NCBI GenBank assembly: GCA_973895155.1
Contig: OZ316897.1
Span: forward strand, 20,091,224 to 20,155,223
Length of the DNA: 64,000 nt
From: Marsupella aquatica
Taxonomy: Eukaryota > Plantae > Marchantiophyta
Direction of reading: 5' to 3'
The translations under genes were made by a program, and so were the position numbers. Shown piece after piece: positions 38,269-52,000 of the stretch. The notes under the pieces are model-generated. The model had not been told where the DNA came from, ran no database searches, and worked only from the letters and a program-made list of their open reading frames with translations. Each line of letters begins with the position of its first letter. The stretch's first letter is position 1.

Positions 38269-40004
38269 GTGAGTTTCGGTGCTTGTAATTTGATGGCGTG
38301 ATGTGATGAATCACTTATTGCAGGAGTGCCTTCGAGTGAAACCTTCGATTGTCTTGTATTGTGTTTGTGTGGATGTTGGTAATGTGGAACGGAACGGATA
38401 CTGTGTTGAGTTGCTTTGCTGGCTCGGAGTGGGACGATTTACCACCTACTTCGATGTGCCGGCTGAGTAAGGTTTTACAGTTTCCGCGCTACGCTAATTT
38501 GGTTGCGATTCCTGAGTACCATTCTTCTGTAAGTTGGAAAGCCTTCGTCTTTGAGAACTGTATGCGCCTTTCTTCGGGTTTTAGTGGACTCTACGGAAGG
38601 AAAATGGATTCGGCATGGATTCGACTGAACCTGATTTCGTGTTTAGACGTCAATTTCGTGTTACTCCTTGTTTTTTCTTTGGTAAGTTGCTGGGCGGCCT
38701 TCTAGTGCGTGAGGTTTACCCTTTCCCGAATGCAAATTTATGAGTTGGCGTGAACGTGCAGCTTCTCATTGATGTCCATTCACCGTAAGTAACCACATTA
38801 AGACGACTGCCACTGAACTGCCAGTGTACTCGCGAACGAAATGGAGTCGAACAAACCTCATCTTATGTCTGCCTGATTGTCAATCATCAGCCTCATATCT
38901 CGGTTGGTGAGGTTTCCGCTTTCCTGAACGCAGTTTGACGAGTCAGCCTACTTCGGTTGGTGAAGTTCACGCTCTCCTGAACGCAGTTTGACGACTTCCG
39001 GTGAACCTATGTTTCTGGGTGATGGCCGTAATCTTTGACGATTTGATGTTGACAGCTAGTGGGTAGGTTTTGCTAGTGCTCGTCTCTCCAGGCACAGTGT
39101 TTATTCAGTCGACGATTGCTGCCAGTGGAAGAGGTTCCCGCACTTTGTCCTTACCCAAGTATACCCATTTCCGTCGAAATGTTGACCAACCGAGCTGCAA
39201 GTAGTGGATACATTTCGAAAATCTTGTCTGAATGAATGGGTGATGTCAAACCGTGCCACAACGGAAACAGTATTGAAACAGGTTACGGCATGGCATACTT
39301 TCGTTCACATGTGAGTCTATGTTGTCGGCACCGAAAAAGTTCTGTATTTGCTGGATTTCTAGCTGTGTTTTTGTCGAGGATTCGCATGCTGAAACCGCTA
39401 TTAAGGATTTTGACTCGCCGATTTGAGCTTACATTCACGTTTCAGTAATCGGCGAACCTTGTGTATATGCACGTTATGCTTTCGCTCCAAATGCAGGATA
39501 ATATAGGTGGAAGATAAATATAGCAATCTTCCGACAAGGGAAAAGGTATCTTCCGTGATAAGAAATAGGCAATCGCAATTTGCAAAGACGAAAACTGCCG
39601 AGCTTGCCTTTGGCTCAATCGAATTGGGAGAATATAAACATGCATTCTACTGAGTTCGATTCCGTGTGAACTGTTGAGATTTTTTGTGCACGTTGTGTTG
39701 TGATTCTATTGTCGAGCGATCCCTACTGTGTCTCGTTTTTCACGCGCCGGCGCTATATCATACTCGGTTTCTTGTTTTCTCATGCAGCTGTATGCGGAGA
39801 CATTCTCTCATTAGACATTTATCTCGACAGTGCTGTCTGCGCTCCTTCCTGGGCGCTGGGAAACGCAGCATCAATCTCTTCTTCTGTCCGTGTTACATCT
39901 TATTTCGCGGACTCCTTTAAGTCAATGGATGTTTAATACCTTCTGTTAAGGTTGTCGACTAACGCAACTATTTACCCTGTGTTCTATGCAGTCGTCCCCG
40001 ATTG

Positions 40005-42484
40005 ATGCGCAAGAGGCTTAGCCATCATCAGACGGCGAAGAAGATGAGTCCGAAGAAGGTCGGGAAGAGAATCATGGGGACCATGAAGTCCTCTATCCTC
40101 CAATTTGGATACAGATCGCCTGTTGTCCCAGCTGGGGAAACTGATTATTCGCAACTTGTGCACAGTGCACTGAAGAAATTCGAAGAACTACAGATACAAA
40201 ATCCGAAGTTAAGCCCTTTTCAGATTTTAAAGCTGATGAGAGAGAGGTATCCGCATTTCATTGTGAACAAGGATCACAAGGAGGGGAATCTACCTGGGGT
40301 GGAAGTTGGAGATTTTTTCGGCACTAGAGCTGAGGTTTGGATCGTGGGCCTTCATCGATACACACAAGCCGGGATTGACTGGATGGAGTGTTTCAGGAAA
40401 GATGGTATCCCGACCACAAAGGCTGTTAGTATTGTAGTCTCAGGTGCATATGAAGACGATCAAGACGACGGGGAGACTCTGATTTACACTGGAGAAGGGG
40501 GCAACGATCTGCACAAGTCCAGAAAGCAGTGTGAGAATCAGAAACTGAAGGGGGGGACTGTGGCTTTGGACAACAGTAGAGTCTTACAGAATTCAATCCG
40601 TGTGATCAGGTGCCGCAAGGATGCGAGGAGTTCGACCGGGAAATTTTACTCTTATGACGGCCTCTACAAGATCGTATCCGGGATGAAGGAGAAAGGAAAG
40701 TCTGGCTTTGATGTCTTCAAGTACAAACTTGTGAGAGAGTCCGGGCAGAAACCTCTCATCTGGCCCCCTTCATCAGTTGGGTATAGTCCTAAAGGAAAGA
40801 CTATCATCAGAGAAGATCTACAAGAAGAACTTGAAGATGAGGGACCTGAAGAACCAGCTCAGTCAAGCGAGGGTGGATTGAAAGCCTTCCTTGGCCCTGC
40901 AGAGAGGCTGAAACGTCCTGTCACCAAGACTAGAGACGGAGACCATGGTAAGGGACATGGATTTCACAGGGGTCTGAAAAGGAGATGCCAGGACGATTTA
41001 AGTGGAGCTGCTGCGAAACCGGCGACCTGCCTGAGGGATGATAAGGCACATGATATTGAGAACAGAATCAAACGAAAGAAAGAGGATACGGCTGGAGCTC
41101 CAGAAGAAGCATCGATTTCCTCGGGACATGCAAAGGGATCCGATGTGGGTGTGAAAGGAAGGAATGATGATGTCGGTGAAGATGGGGACTCTGATGAGCC
41201 ACTTGTCTTCCCAAGATTGAAGCTACGTGCCAAGGAGAAGGGATCGGTTATCAAAAGAAATGTAATAGTGGATGATATTGGACGAGAACAATGTGGTGTT
41301 GGTAGCACTAGAGAGGATTTGTACATTGCAAGGCAAGAAGAGAGCATGAGAAGGGAAGTGCCGAACGCAAAGAAGAGAATACTAACTCAGCCAATTCCTG
41401 TAAGTATCCAATTTCTTGTTGAAATGATTGTTTGTTTCAAATTTGCAAACCTACCTTATATTAGAACGCTTTTTAGGCTCGAATTATGTAAACAATTGGT
41501 AAACTACTTCCAAATACCCCAATTATTGGAAACTACACCATATTTATCTTTTGTTCAGTATGTTGACAATATGGTCTGCCAAATAGAAAGACATGGATGT
41601 GTTTATGGGCACAAGTGCATTCTTGTTGTATGAGGATACATATGAACCTTATTTTGGCATCCTTGCATACACCAAAACTATGATTATGTTAGATAATAGA
41701 TTGATGGCAATGAGGAATCAGTGTTATGAATTTGAAGTGAGGACTAATAGGTCATGTGTTTCAAAAAGGTCTCTCTAATGTACCCTAAGTATGTGATCTG
41801 TTTTGTAAGATTGAATTATACAATGATGGAATATCTGAACACAAGATATAATGAATCTCAGTCAAATAAGTAAGGGGCTCTATTTGGATTTAGGCTAAAG
41901 CTCCAACCAATGATTGGACAAGATGCTCTCTTCATTGGATAGTCGCTCTTTTATGTAAGATGTAGCTGCATGATAGCAGAATTGAATTAGAGAACTTAGT
42001 TTGGACTCATAAGATTGAAAGTGTTTGGAATTTGAGCATTTGTGAGCTTAATTTGGAATGAATGTGGGATCAAATGCAGACTGAAGATGAGAAGGGAGCA
42101 GTTACAAAAATACTGCATGATATTGTGTCTAAAAGCAATGTACAAGATTGTCCAAGCAATAGAAATGATTGCAGCAATGTGAGTGAAAGTAATGGTGATC
42201 AACAATTTAAGGGAGATCTGCGAGAAAATGAAGACAGAGAATCCGATAATCGCCACCCTGAGAGGGACAAAAGTGAAATTGGTGATGATGGTGGTGAATA
42301 TGAGGTTGACCGCATACTAAAAAAGCGGTCAAGGTATGGAAGTAGCAACATTGAGGAGTATCTAGTTTTGTGGAAGGATTACTCTCGAGAAGAAGCGACA
42401 TGGGAACCAATAGAAAATCTGATTAATTGTGAAAAGGCTCTAACAGAGTTCAAGCAACGCATCCGGAGGAGGAATCCTATGTAG
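40005..42484 (+). CDS. SRA-YDG domain plus C-terminal chromodomain protein, no SET domain (exons 40005-41399, 42080-42484; ~599 aa)
   Basis: SRA domain ~40284-40748 (GNLPGVEVGDFF...GLH...AGID...SIVVSGAYEDD...YTGEGG...IRVIR...YSYDGLYKI...FKYKLVR), SUVH4/KYP-like. Phase-0 donor CCT|GTAAGT at 41400 fits phase-0 acceptor ATGCAG|ACT at 42079. Chromodomain ~42296-42454 (EYEVDRIL...EYLVLWKDY...ATWEPIENL). Confidence 0.8.
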
Positions 42485-43662
42485 GCATATCATTGCAGGA
42501 GAAACATTGGAAATGTACTCTATGATCACAAGAAAAGATGTTCATATTTTAGAAATGAACTAAGGCACAATTTTGTCAGAATTTTCCAATTATGATGTGT
42601 GAATCATTATCAGGGTATATGATTTGGGGATGAGCATGTATGCATGGGTTTTACTTTGTATGAAATTCTAAAGCTGGGCATGTAATAGGAAGCACTGTAA
42701 CTTCATTGTAAATAGGGTAGCAATGGTTGTCATGATTTTCTAATCATAAAATACGTGGATAGTTATTACTGTTTATGAATTCACAAACATGGGAAATTGA
42801 TAAGCTTAGGGCAGTAAACTGATTCACAAACTTGATTTTATAATGTTTGTCATAACTTTTCAATGATAATGTCTGGATAACCTTTGATGAAATTGTCAAG
42901 CAGAGATGATTACTTATCTCAATTGTGTATTTGTTTGTCTAAATTAATTGATCTCTTACAAGTAGTTTGATTGGTTTGTCAATGGCACCCTTTTGTTGAC
43001 CTCTGACAGAATCAACCCTCCTTCCCTCTCCACAAACTAAGTCGACCATTCACTTCTATCGTACTGCATGCTTTCCAGCTCATATTGAAAAAGAATTTAT
43101 AAAAAGCTCTAAACTGCATGGTAGGCGACCGCACATTAGTATTGTACCGACACCAGCCCCATACTTCAGCATTGCACACCTAAATCGAAACAAATGCAAA
43201 AATAGGGCTGTCAAGTTGACATAAAGGATGGGAAAGTTGATCAAAATGATTTTTTTGCCAAAAACAGGGTAGTCATTCAGAGTTACAAACTGAGAATTGT
43301 GGCCAGAGTATAACAAATTGAAGCAACACAAAGGTGGAATGTCCATGCACTGAATCAACTGTTCTTAATGTGGAATGACAAGATTGTGGGCAGAGAAATA
43401 TATAAGGTGCTAGTCCATTTTCAATATTGGTTACAAATCTCTTGGAGGCCTTTTCACTTTATTGGTTTGTTGACTATGCTTGCAAAATTCCAGAAACTTC
43501 ACTTGGTCCTTACATTTTACAATGGAAGCATATCTCAACTAGGCAGTAGCATAAAACACCTGAGCCCAATGGACCTATGACAACAAACTTTCAGTTTAAG
43601 AACTATAAAACTCAGTTCGGCCTGCATTATTGAGACTAAGAACTCTCAAACAGAAGACCTGG

Positions 43663-43900
43663 CAAATGTAAATCACCACTCACAGCTTAAAAGATTGTGT
43701 TATGCTCATAAATTATCAGCGCCCAGTTGAGTCTGTCAGTAGAAAGCTGATGGCTCGTAACTTGTTTGGTGACCTTTCTCTGCCACCATTCATTGTTACC
43801 TAACAAATGTAAATCACCACTCACAGCTTAAAAGAGCGTGCTATGCTCATAAATGGCTTTCAACTTGTCTGATGACCTTTCTCTGCCACCATTCATTGTT
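43663..43900 (+). repeat. Local tandem duplication
   Basis: CAAATGTAAATCACCACTCACAGCTTAAAAGA and TGACCTTTCTCTGCCACCATTCATTGTT each occur twice. Confidence 0.8.
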
Positions 43901-45224
43901 CACCCTGCTAGCTCTCTTGATCGAGCAATTTATAACTTGAATAAGGTTACATGTGTGTTTTCTCATAGTCTGCAAATGATCTCCAAATGTTGCTTTAGCT
44001 CCCCTTTAGAATGATCTAACACGCCCCAAAAACATTTGTAAGAGGGATCATGCTAGTGCTCCAACTTTTGGATCTAGACTGTGCCAAAGGGCCAAACTCA
44101 AGGCACACCAGTTTATTAGAATGACTCGAGCCAAAACAATGCATGAACATAATCTGAGGTGGATGCAATGTACTTTTGCAAAGGTAATAATGCTAGCACA
44201 TATGAAACTACAGGGCACTAGCAAAGAGGTGAGATCTCAAAGTTTGAAGTTGGCCTATAATTCAAATCTGATCAAAATTTGTTTGTGAAGGTAGAAGTGC
44301 AAACCTAGATTTAGCTGCATTCATCGTGAGCTATCTAGACTGGTCTTATCTTGCAATTTTTTACCATCAAATTGATTGTGAGGTTTACTAGGAGGATTCA
44401 CTTACTATATTCTTTTAGGGTATTATGTGCAACACTGGTTGGGAAGAAACCCCTAAGACAAAATCTTGGATTGAAATTGCAACGATTTGGAGTAATTTGA
44501 AATCATGAAAGATTTGGGTCATTTGTGTGAGGGGGGCTACCCAACATGAGTATCTCATTTTCAAAATTATTTTGAATATTAGGGAGTCAGAGGATCCAAA
44601 TGGCCAAACTATGTCAACAGTAGAGCTCTGCATGTGCTGGTATTGGAGGGTCCAAGATCAAGTTCCATCTCATTCCATCTTCAATTCTTCCAATCATCAA
44701 TAAATTGTTAGTAGGAGTTTACAATCACGAACATTCCTCTAACAGAAAGAAATAATAATTTAGAGATAATATTGAAACTATACAAGATTCAGGTCATTTA
44801 CATTAGTAATGTGGCATTGATCCGGGTTGATTTAACATTCAAATGAGTTAATTTAAACCCAAAACAAGACAAACTTAAACTTCTCGCTGTCAAACTCAAC
44901 CCTATTTAATCATGACAAATCTTAACCTTGAAATTTGTTTAGAAACAAATCCAAAAAAAAATTCAAACTATTTTTGTTTAGGGTTTAAATCAATTCAGTT
45001 CATTTGGAATAATGAGTTGCTTGTCCAAGTACTAACTCATGAGCCAATTAGAGCTTCTTGATTTCATGATCATGGCAAAATGTATTCCTGGCAGCCACAG
45101 ACAAAGCATAGGACTCCCTCATAAACACTGTCACACCAGCCCTCATATGGTAGTCTTTTCTTGTTGCTTTGAGAAATTCCCCTGAATTACATGAAGAGAA
45201 AGGGCACAGACCATAGGCTACTCC

Positions 45225-45350
45225 AAGTCAAGAATAGTGGAGAGCACTTATCTTGAGGTGGGTTTCTGAGTTAGATGCTTTCAGCAGTAATCTGCTCCCC
45301 ACTTGACTACCCAGCATTTACAATGAGCAATAAACTGGTACACCAGAGGT
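45225..45350 (-). pseudogene. Nuclear insertion of a plastid 23S rRNA 3' fragment (NUPT), degenerate
   Basis: GGAGAGCACTTATCTTGAGGTGGG...TTAGATGCTTTCAGCAG...CACTTGACTACCCAGC...TAAACTGGTACACCAGAGGT resembles the antisense of the plastid 23S 3' end as recalled, with mostly C>T/G>A changes. Confidence 0.7.
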
Positions 45351-45519
45351 CCTCGGAATTGTTAGAAAATTTCCATTTAATAAAAGTGATTTTTCTCAAA
45401 ATCTTGCTTAGTTTCTATTATTTTATTCCTAATGTATGAAAGAAGAATTCCAAAGCAAATGGAAGTCATCTAGACTAGTTCCCCCAAGCCTCTTTGATTT
45501 GACATGAATTTATGACTCC

Positions 45520-47005
45520 TACAATTAATCCGTGGACCCCCATGTTCATCCAAGGAATGTGTGTGATAAAGTGAAATCAATTTTTTACAAGGCGGTAACC
45601 GATGGTTTTGAGTCTCTCAGTGATCTTGGTGTGTGCTCATACCAAAGAGAACGCTCGAAAAGATAGAGGAGATCGATCTGGTTGAGATGATCTCTTTGGT
45701 TCATCAAACCAAAGGTTGAATGTGGAGGAAGTTTTTGGACGATTTTTGCTCACATATTGGAGAAATCGTGTTTCTACCATTCCTCATTGATTGTGTGTGA
45801 GTTATGTTGAGCATTACTTTTACAAGACAAACCGGAGAAAATCACTTAGCTATTGGCGAAAGGATGCTTGTCATTTCGGTGGGAAGAACGTACAAAATGG
45901 ACAAGCCATCACTTCACATACAGGTTTTGTAGTTTTTTTAATTTAAGAAAGCTATTGTGTGAGGGGGAGACCAACAATTGTTTCTTTGACATCAGCCTGT
46001 GTTCAGAGTGTGCTTCGTTGAAGCTTGGAGGGATGTGAACAATTCAAGTCGGGAAAAGCGTTGTGGACAAGCGATGACAACGTAATCAAAGAAATCAATT
46101 TGCAGTGGCTAAGTTTGTGAGGGTGACGGGATTGTGATGTCTCTTAATAGGGAAAGGGTTTCCAATGAGCCTCAGATTGACAATTTTTGTCAAATTCCAA
46201 ATGAGTTTCTGAATATCTTTGTCTTTCCAATGAGTGTGACAATAAGAAATTTTGATCATGAGTTTATGAATTCTTTTAGTTTTTCAACATTGAGTCCGGC
46301 ATTGACAAATTTTATGTCAGATTCTGTCATGGTACTAAAGAGATCATGAGGTTTTCAATGTCTCTAGCTTTCTAATGTGTGACATTAGAAGTATTAGTCA
46401 AGAATTGGAGAGATCATGAGTATCCAAAGTTCTCTAACTTTCCAATGAACTTAACATTGATAGATTTTGTCAAGTACTAAGGAGATTATGAGTTTCTAAT
46501 TTTGCTCTAGCTTAGTTTCCAATGAGTGTGACATTGAGAGATTTTATCAAGACTGAAGAGGTCTGAGTTTCTAAATTTTGATCTTGAGCTTTCTGATGAA
46601 TCAAACAATGGCAGATTTTATCAAGCACTAAGGAGATTGATTATTTTTACAATGTGGAGCCAAAAGGGTTCTAACTATGTACATTTTTATGTATTAGTTT
46701 TTAAAAACTTGCAAACAATCATAAAATACAAACATTTTGATGTAAAACACTGATATATCATTGACAAACATTAGAATCGTAACTTTATATTACTAAATGA
46801 CATCTCTTCCTTTCTATTCTGTTTTTTTTTATGTTCAATATTTATGGCATGGCGCTCCAAAAATTATGTTTCTTTTGCCACAAACAGGAATGTGCCCTTT
46901 TGTTACTGTCATAATTAAGATATTTCCTGTTTGTGACTGGTTGTGCTGATGTGGCATAACCTCGTGACAGGGAATTTGCAAGGGACCTCTCATGGGGGTC
47001 CGTAA
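45520..47005. mobile_element. Non-autonomous TIR element, same family as 10452-11620, with a ~70-bp tandem array at 46160-46640
   Basis: Ends CCGTGGACCCCCATG...CATGGGGGTCCGTA; array units such as ATTGATAGATTTTGTCAAGTACTAAGGAGATTATGAG. Confidence 0.55.
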
Positions 47006-49047
47006 AAATGTTTCCAGTAACTAGAGACTAGAGTGTACTACAATACTCCTCATATCTGTCATCACACCAGCCCTGGTGTGTTTCCTGTATCAATTTCCCT
47101 CTCCACAACCATGACTGCCTTTTCCTCTTTGCTAAAGAAATTTTACTAGTACTCCCACATGTCTTGCCCACATGTATGTCATCACACCAGCCCCTGCACC
47201 TGTAGCCCTGATATGTTTCCTATATCAAAATCTCATTCCTCTCGACATTCAATGGCTGCCTTTCCTTTGGCCAAAGACATTTGACTGACTTATTTAAGAG
47301 AAACAGCCCAGACTTGCACAAGGAGGACACATTCGCCCACGCTCCTATCCACTTGCATACTCAGGAGCCTCCCCTGGAACAAGGAGCACGCCAACTGGTG
47401 CTGAGGCGACCACCAAACACAGCTCTGCTTGCAATTGTTCCACTGTCTTCTTCTTAGACTTACTTGTCTTTCTTGTCCTCCCAGCAACCTGAAAGGTTGT
47501 GAATAGCCAAAAGAACAACTTGGAAGACATTGAGATGCTTCTAATAATTTTAATTGTTGCTTTGACCCAGATGCTAGTCTCTTTCACACTACTGCATCTC
47601 CTGCCCTGGCCAGTTGTGTCTCTGGGGTTTTCCTATCCCCCTCAATGGAATAGATAAAGCCGCCTTCCTTGAGCAAGTTTAATGGCTTCAGGGAGCATTT
47701 GTCCACAATCTGTCAGTGTGAAATGACGAAACAAGGGTATAATTGTGAATCTAAAGTTTTACTCTGATGTGAATCTTTGACTGCAAGATTGCATGAGGTG
47801 TTGTGTTTACAAAGTTTCCAAGTCTCTACACTACAATGCTCATTCTAATTATGACACTCGGCTCTCCTATTCACACTAATGTGAGGTTTACAAAAGTAGT
47901 TCACACGTTGACTGTGTTCGACGCCTGCCTCAAGTAAATTCTACTTATGAGACAAGTGAAATACCTCTCCTGATAACATGAATGTTAAGGTTAGAGAACT
48001 AGGTTACACAACACCTCGTGGCATCGTTCTAGGGCTGCCCCTTAGTAATTTTGATAAAGATAATGCCCACAAATAGCAGAAGTGAACCCATTCTGTTTTC
48101 GATACAAATGTGCACTAATAGAAGAAATTACTACATCAGTTGCCCACATTTTGATTGACACTAAAGAGAAAGTGAGTAAATTCGTTGTGCAATGACACTA
48201 ATACAGGGAGTTTCTGCGTGAGATTGCATGAGAAGAACCTCATGGCATCTTGTATATTAAATCTAGTAGTTCAACCCTGCTGTGTTGAAATCATGACTAG
48301 GGAATCCTTTACGACAATAAAACAGCCATGTAGAGCCCCGAAAAAACCCCTCCTCGACCATGATTTCATCAGAGCTGTTGTTTAAAAACCAAAAGTTTCC
48401 ATGACCACCTGCTTGAAATTGGTCTGGTGAGAAATCCCAGCTTCACAAGGAAATAGAACGAAATAGCCATCGACCACGGAACTTTATTCAAAAGGTGTAA
48501 CAGAGCCTTTAATCACGCTGATTTATTCCCACAATCCTCTCCATGAATAATCTTCAAGGTCTCTGCATGCTTTTAGCAAGACCTTCTCCGAGTTTCGACG
48601 TCACCACTCCACAGGGAACATTTGTATCTACTCTAGGGTCACAACATCACAGAACCACTGCTACACTAGTCACAGGAACAACACTGTTCCCAGCGATTGA
48701 ATTTCGGAGTGATGAGACCGTCGTCAACTGAAAAGTAATAAGCTATGGGGTCGTAACAGGCATTTTTGTATCCTACGGAGTTGAATTTCCAAGTGTAAAG
48801 ATCTTCTCCCCAGGTAAATCTAATGAGCTGCTCTGGTTGGGATTAGATCAACTTCAGATGGAGCTAACAAACTAAGCAAACTAGGGACTGGCAATTGTGT
48901 CAAGATTTCCTTTCGGTGCGCCACATAAAGACCCTCAAGATCTTCGGCACCTATACCTCTTTAACACCATAATTGCAAATCTGCAGGAAAAATGGAAAAA
49001 TGGAAAGCCAAGTATTCGAATGATTTTAAAATTCACTAAATAAGAAT

Positions 49048-52000
49048 TCACATGGGTAGAAAGCCATGCTTCAGTGCAGCTTTCCACGTGATATCAATGC
49101 GGTCCACATCAATAGCTCCAACTTCATTATGTTTCCATCCTTCTAAAGCATGTACAAGGCCACCAGCATGACAGGCGTGCACACAACCTCTTGGCATTGT
49201 CATCTGCATCATCACATGAAAGCAGCAATTAGGAAGTTGCTTGAAAGCATACACAGGGATTAAAAAAAGAAAACCTTCAAATCCACAACCGACTAAGATA
49301 GTGCTTATATTATTATCTCTACTAATCAAGAGAGGCGCCCGCGTACCAAAAATTGCTTTATTGTAAGAAAGCAATGAGAAAGACTTGTCAAAGGTGTTTT
49401 AACATTTCTCCAGGCATCTGGGCATCTAAACACTTAGAATTAATGCAAGATGTGGACAAAGTCGTCAATACCTCACAGCTGCGCAAACCTTTCACGGTTT
49501 TTGGTAATCTCATGCCTGCCAGCTCTCCATAAGTGCAGTCCTTCCGGAGTTCCGCGATTGGAGGAACCACAAATTGATGGAAGTGGGTGCCAGCAGGTGC
49601 CCACTTTTGATGTTCAGCGAATGCCCATTTGCCCATCACCCATGTCTATCACAACCAAGTTCAGACGTCAAAGTTTGTGACACCAGGTGTCAAGAAGGGA
49701 AAAACCGTACCCTCCCCGCTAGTCTAAAGTTTGGCATGAAGATCGCAGCGAGTAAATTATTGATGTTAGCAAATGTGATACCAAACACTGATGACATTTA
49801 TCAACGAGATTGATAGCATAGCCTAAGAGTATAAATTTGCCTTGGCCAAGTTTTGCGCGGGAGTTCCCAAATATAAGAAGGACCAAGTTTCCCGAGAGTT
49901 CAACAACATGCAACTATACAACGGTTTAAGAAACAGCTGAAGCAAGAGTCTCCTCCTCCTACCTTGCAATCCTTCCCATCTTGGTATTTCGTGACTTGCA
50001 CGAGATATCTTTGGAATTCCACAGGAGCCTCATGTAGGATTGTCTCAAACCTCTCCCTTGAAGTAGTCAACATCTGTAACATCCCACGCGGAAATTCATT
50101 CCCAAAAGCGTCAATCCAAAAACATGAAAAAGTCCGTTATCTTTACGTCCCAATCTACTTGCATTTCAGTAGTTAACCATCTTCAGTTGGATGCCTGTGC
50201 CCCCATCATGAACCATATATTGCATACCAATCACTGGCAGCAATGTGTTTCATGCAAAAGTTTGTGTGTTACACGGCATAGGTTTTCGGTTAAATTGTCT
50301 CCTGGTTACTCTGAGAACAAGAGCGTTGCAGATGGAAAAAACTCTTTGACCATTAACAATGCACAATTCCCATCGACGAATTGAAAAGGGAAGGAGTACA
50401 TACCAAGACGCGTACTCGCCGCCTGCACAGATAGAGCGCAATAGCTCGGCCAAGTTTGGACGTCGCACCAGTGAGAAATATTTCAGAAACATCCCTGGGA
50501 AGTTTGTCCAATATCACAGCCGCTGTAAGTGTGTTTCCATGTACTATCCGGATCCTCAGATTGGGATGCTTTTTGACAAAGAGCGCCCCACCTCCATTCA
50601 GGTCTTCATTCTGCACATATACAACCGTGACAAAAGACTATAAGCTACGTTTCCATCCGTCCCGTCTCCTTTAGTTCTAAAATACAATGGCAAACAAGTT
50701 AAAACTTAAAAAGCACAGCCTTCAAATCCTAATCCCTGGGATCCCTATGTCTAAGAGAACCGAGTATCCAGTGGAAACAAAATGAAAAATGAGAGGAAAT
50801 GAATCCGTGAATTAATTTGAATCCAATAAAGCCAGAGAGTGAACAATTTACAGTGCAGAAATAGACCTTATTAAGTGCCCCAAGACTAATCACTTGGGCG
50901 CCCTTTGCGTCTGCTTTCAAAATTGATTCCTCGATCAGTTTGTTGATCCGCGGCTTCTCGAACTTCAAAAAATACTGGCATCCAAAAGTTTTTTGATGTC
51001 CAAAGATGAGACAATGTTCAATCTTGGTCAAGTGCAATTTATACAAGTTACTAATTACTGTACTCCTGAGAAGAACACAAGTCAACTAAAGTCAATACTG
51101 CCGTAAACAAATGAGGGCAGATTAGTAAAAGTTAGCTAATAACGAGGATACATTGGAGAAAGCAAATTACTGACCTGAAAGCCATATCTGGGCATAACCC
51201 AAGTTTGCATGCTCAACTTGTCAAGCTTGTACTTATCAGCAGTAAAGGGCTTTCCGAATATCCAGAGCACAACCATGGCTATTACAGCAAGTGGCCACAG
51301 AGGCAATAGATACCAGTGTGATTGAAATGGGTGGGCAGCAAGAGAAGCAATCCCAAAGGGTAAATGGAAAGTCGACAGAAGTTCCGTTCCATGAGCGAGG
51401 AAGACGAAGTCCAAGTTCTCAGTTCTACCTGCAAGACACAATTAAAAGTCAGGATGCTTGCGAGTGCACTCAATGAAAGGCACAGGATGCAGTTGCAGCA
51501 ATCAATGAAATGGTCGCCTTATGCTACCTAAGGCCTTTACATTTTCCACAACCAGCCAGTAAAAGTAGCAAAGTATTGCACCTTCGACAAAACATACAGG
51601 CAATTTGTCACAAGTAACCATCCTGACAAAGAGGCCAAGGATTCCTACTCTGACCTCCTCCACGATCTGTAATCTATGAACGATCAACAACGTGGTCATT
51701 CTGCAAAACGAAGTGAATGCCAAAGGGGAAAATAGCAATACGTGTGTGGCAGCAAAGAAAACAGACCTTTCCGGACGGTTTGGTAGAGAGTGTCGCTGTT
51801 TTTGTCCACAGTGCCACCCAGATAATCGTAAAGGGGCATAAACAAGGCGAAATTCGTGTGAACCTGCGAGTGATGGAGGGAATGATACCTGGTCCAAAGA
51901 AACCAGAACTGCCCACTCAGTACAGCCTTGAGCCAATTTGATAGTATGCTCCAACAAAACGAAATCCTAAGCGACCTCTCGTAAACAACCAAGTTTTCGG

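Noticed and set aside
41400-41633. Hydrophobic C-terminal extension of the 543-aa SRA ORF
   Set aside because: Begins exactly at a GTAAGT donor and is AT-rich; best read as intron read-through.
46160-46640. Regularly spaced repeats superficially like a CRISPR array
   Set aside because: Degenerate full-length tandem units without unique spacers, in a eukaryotic context with no cas genes.
47290-47710. Exon-like minus-strand stretch with AG acceptors
   Set aside because: In-frame stop and no recognisable family; cannot support a gene call.
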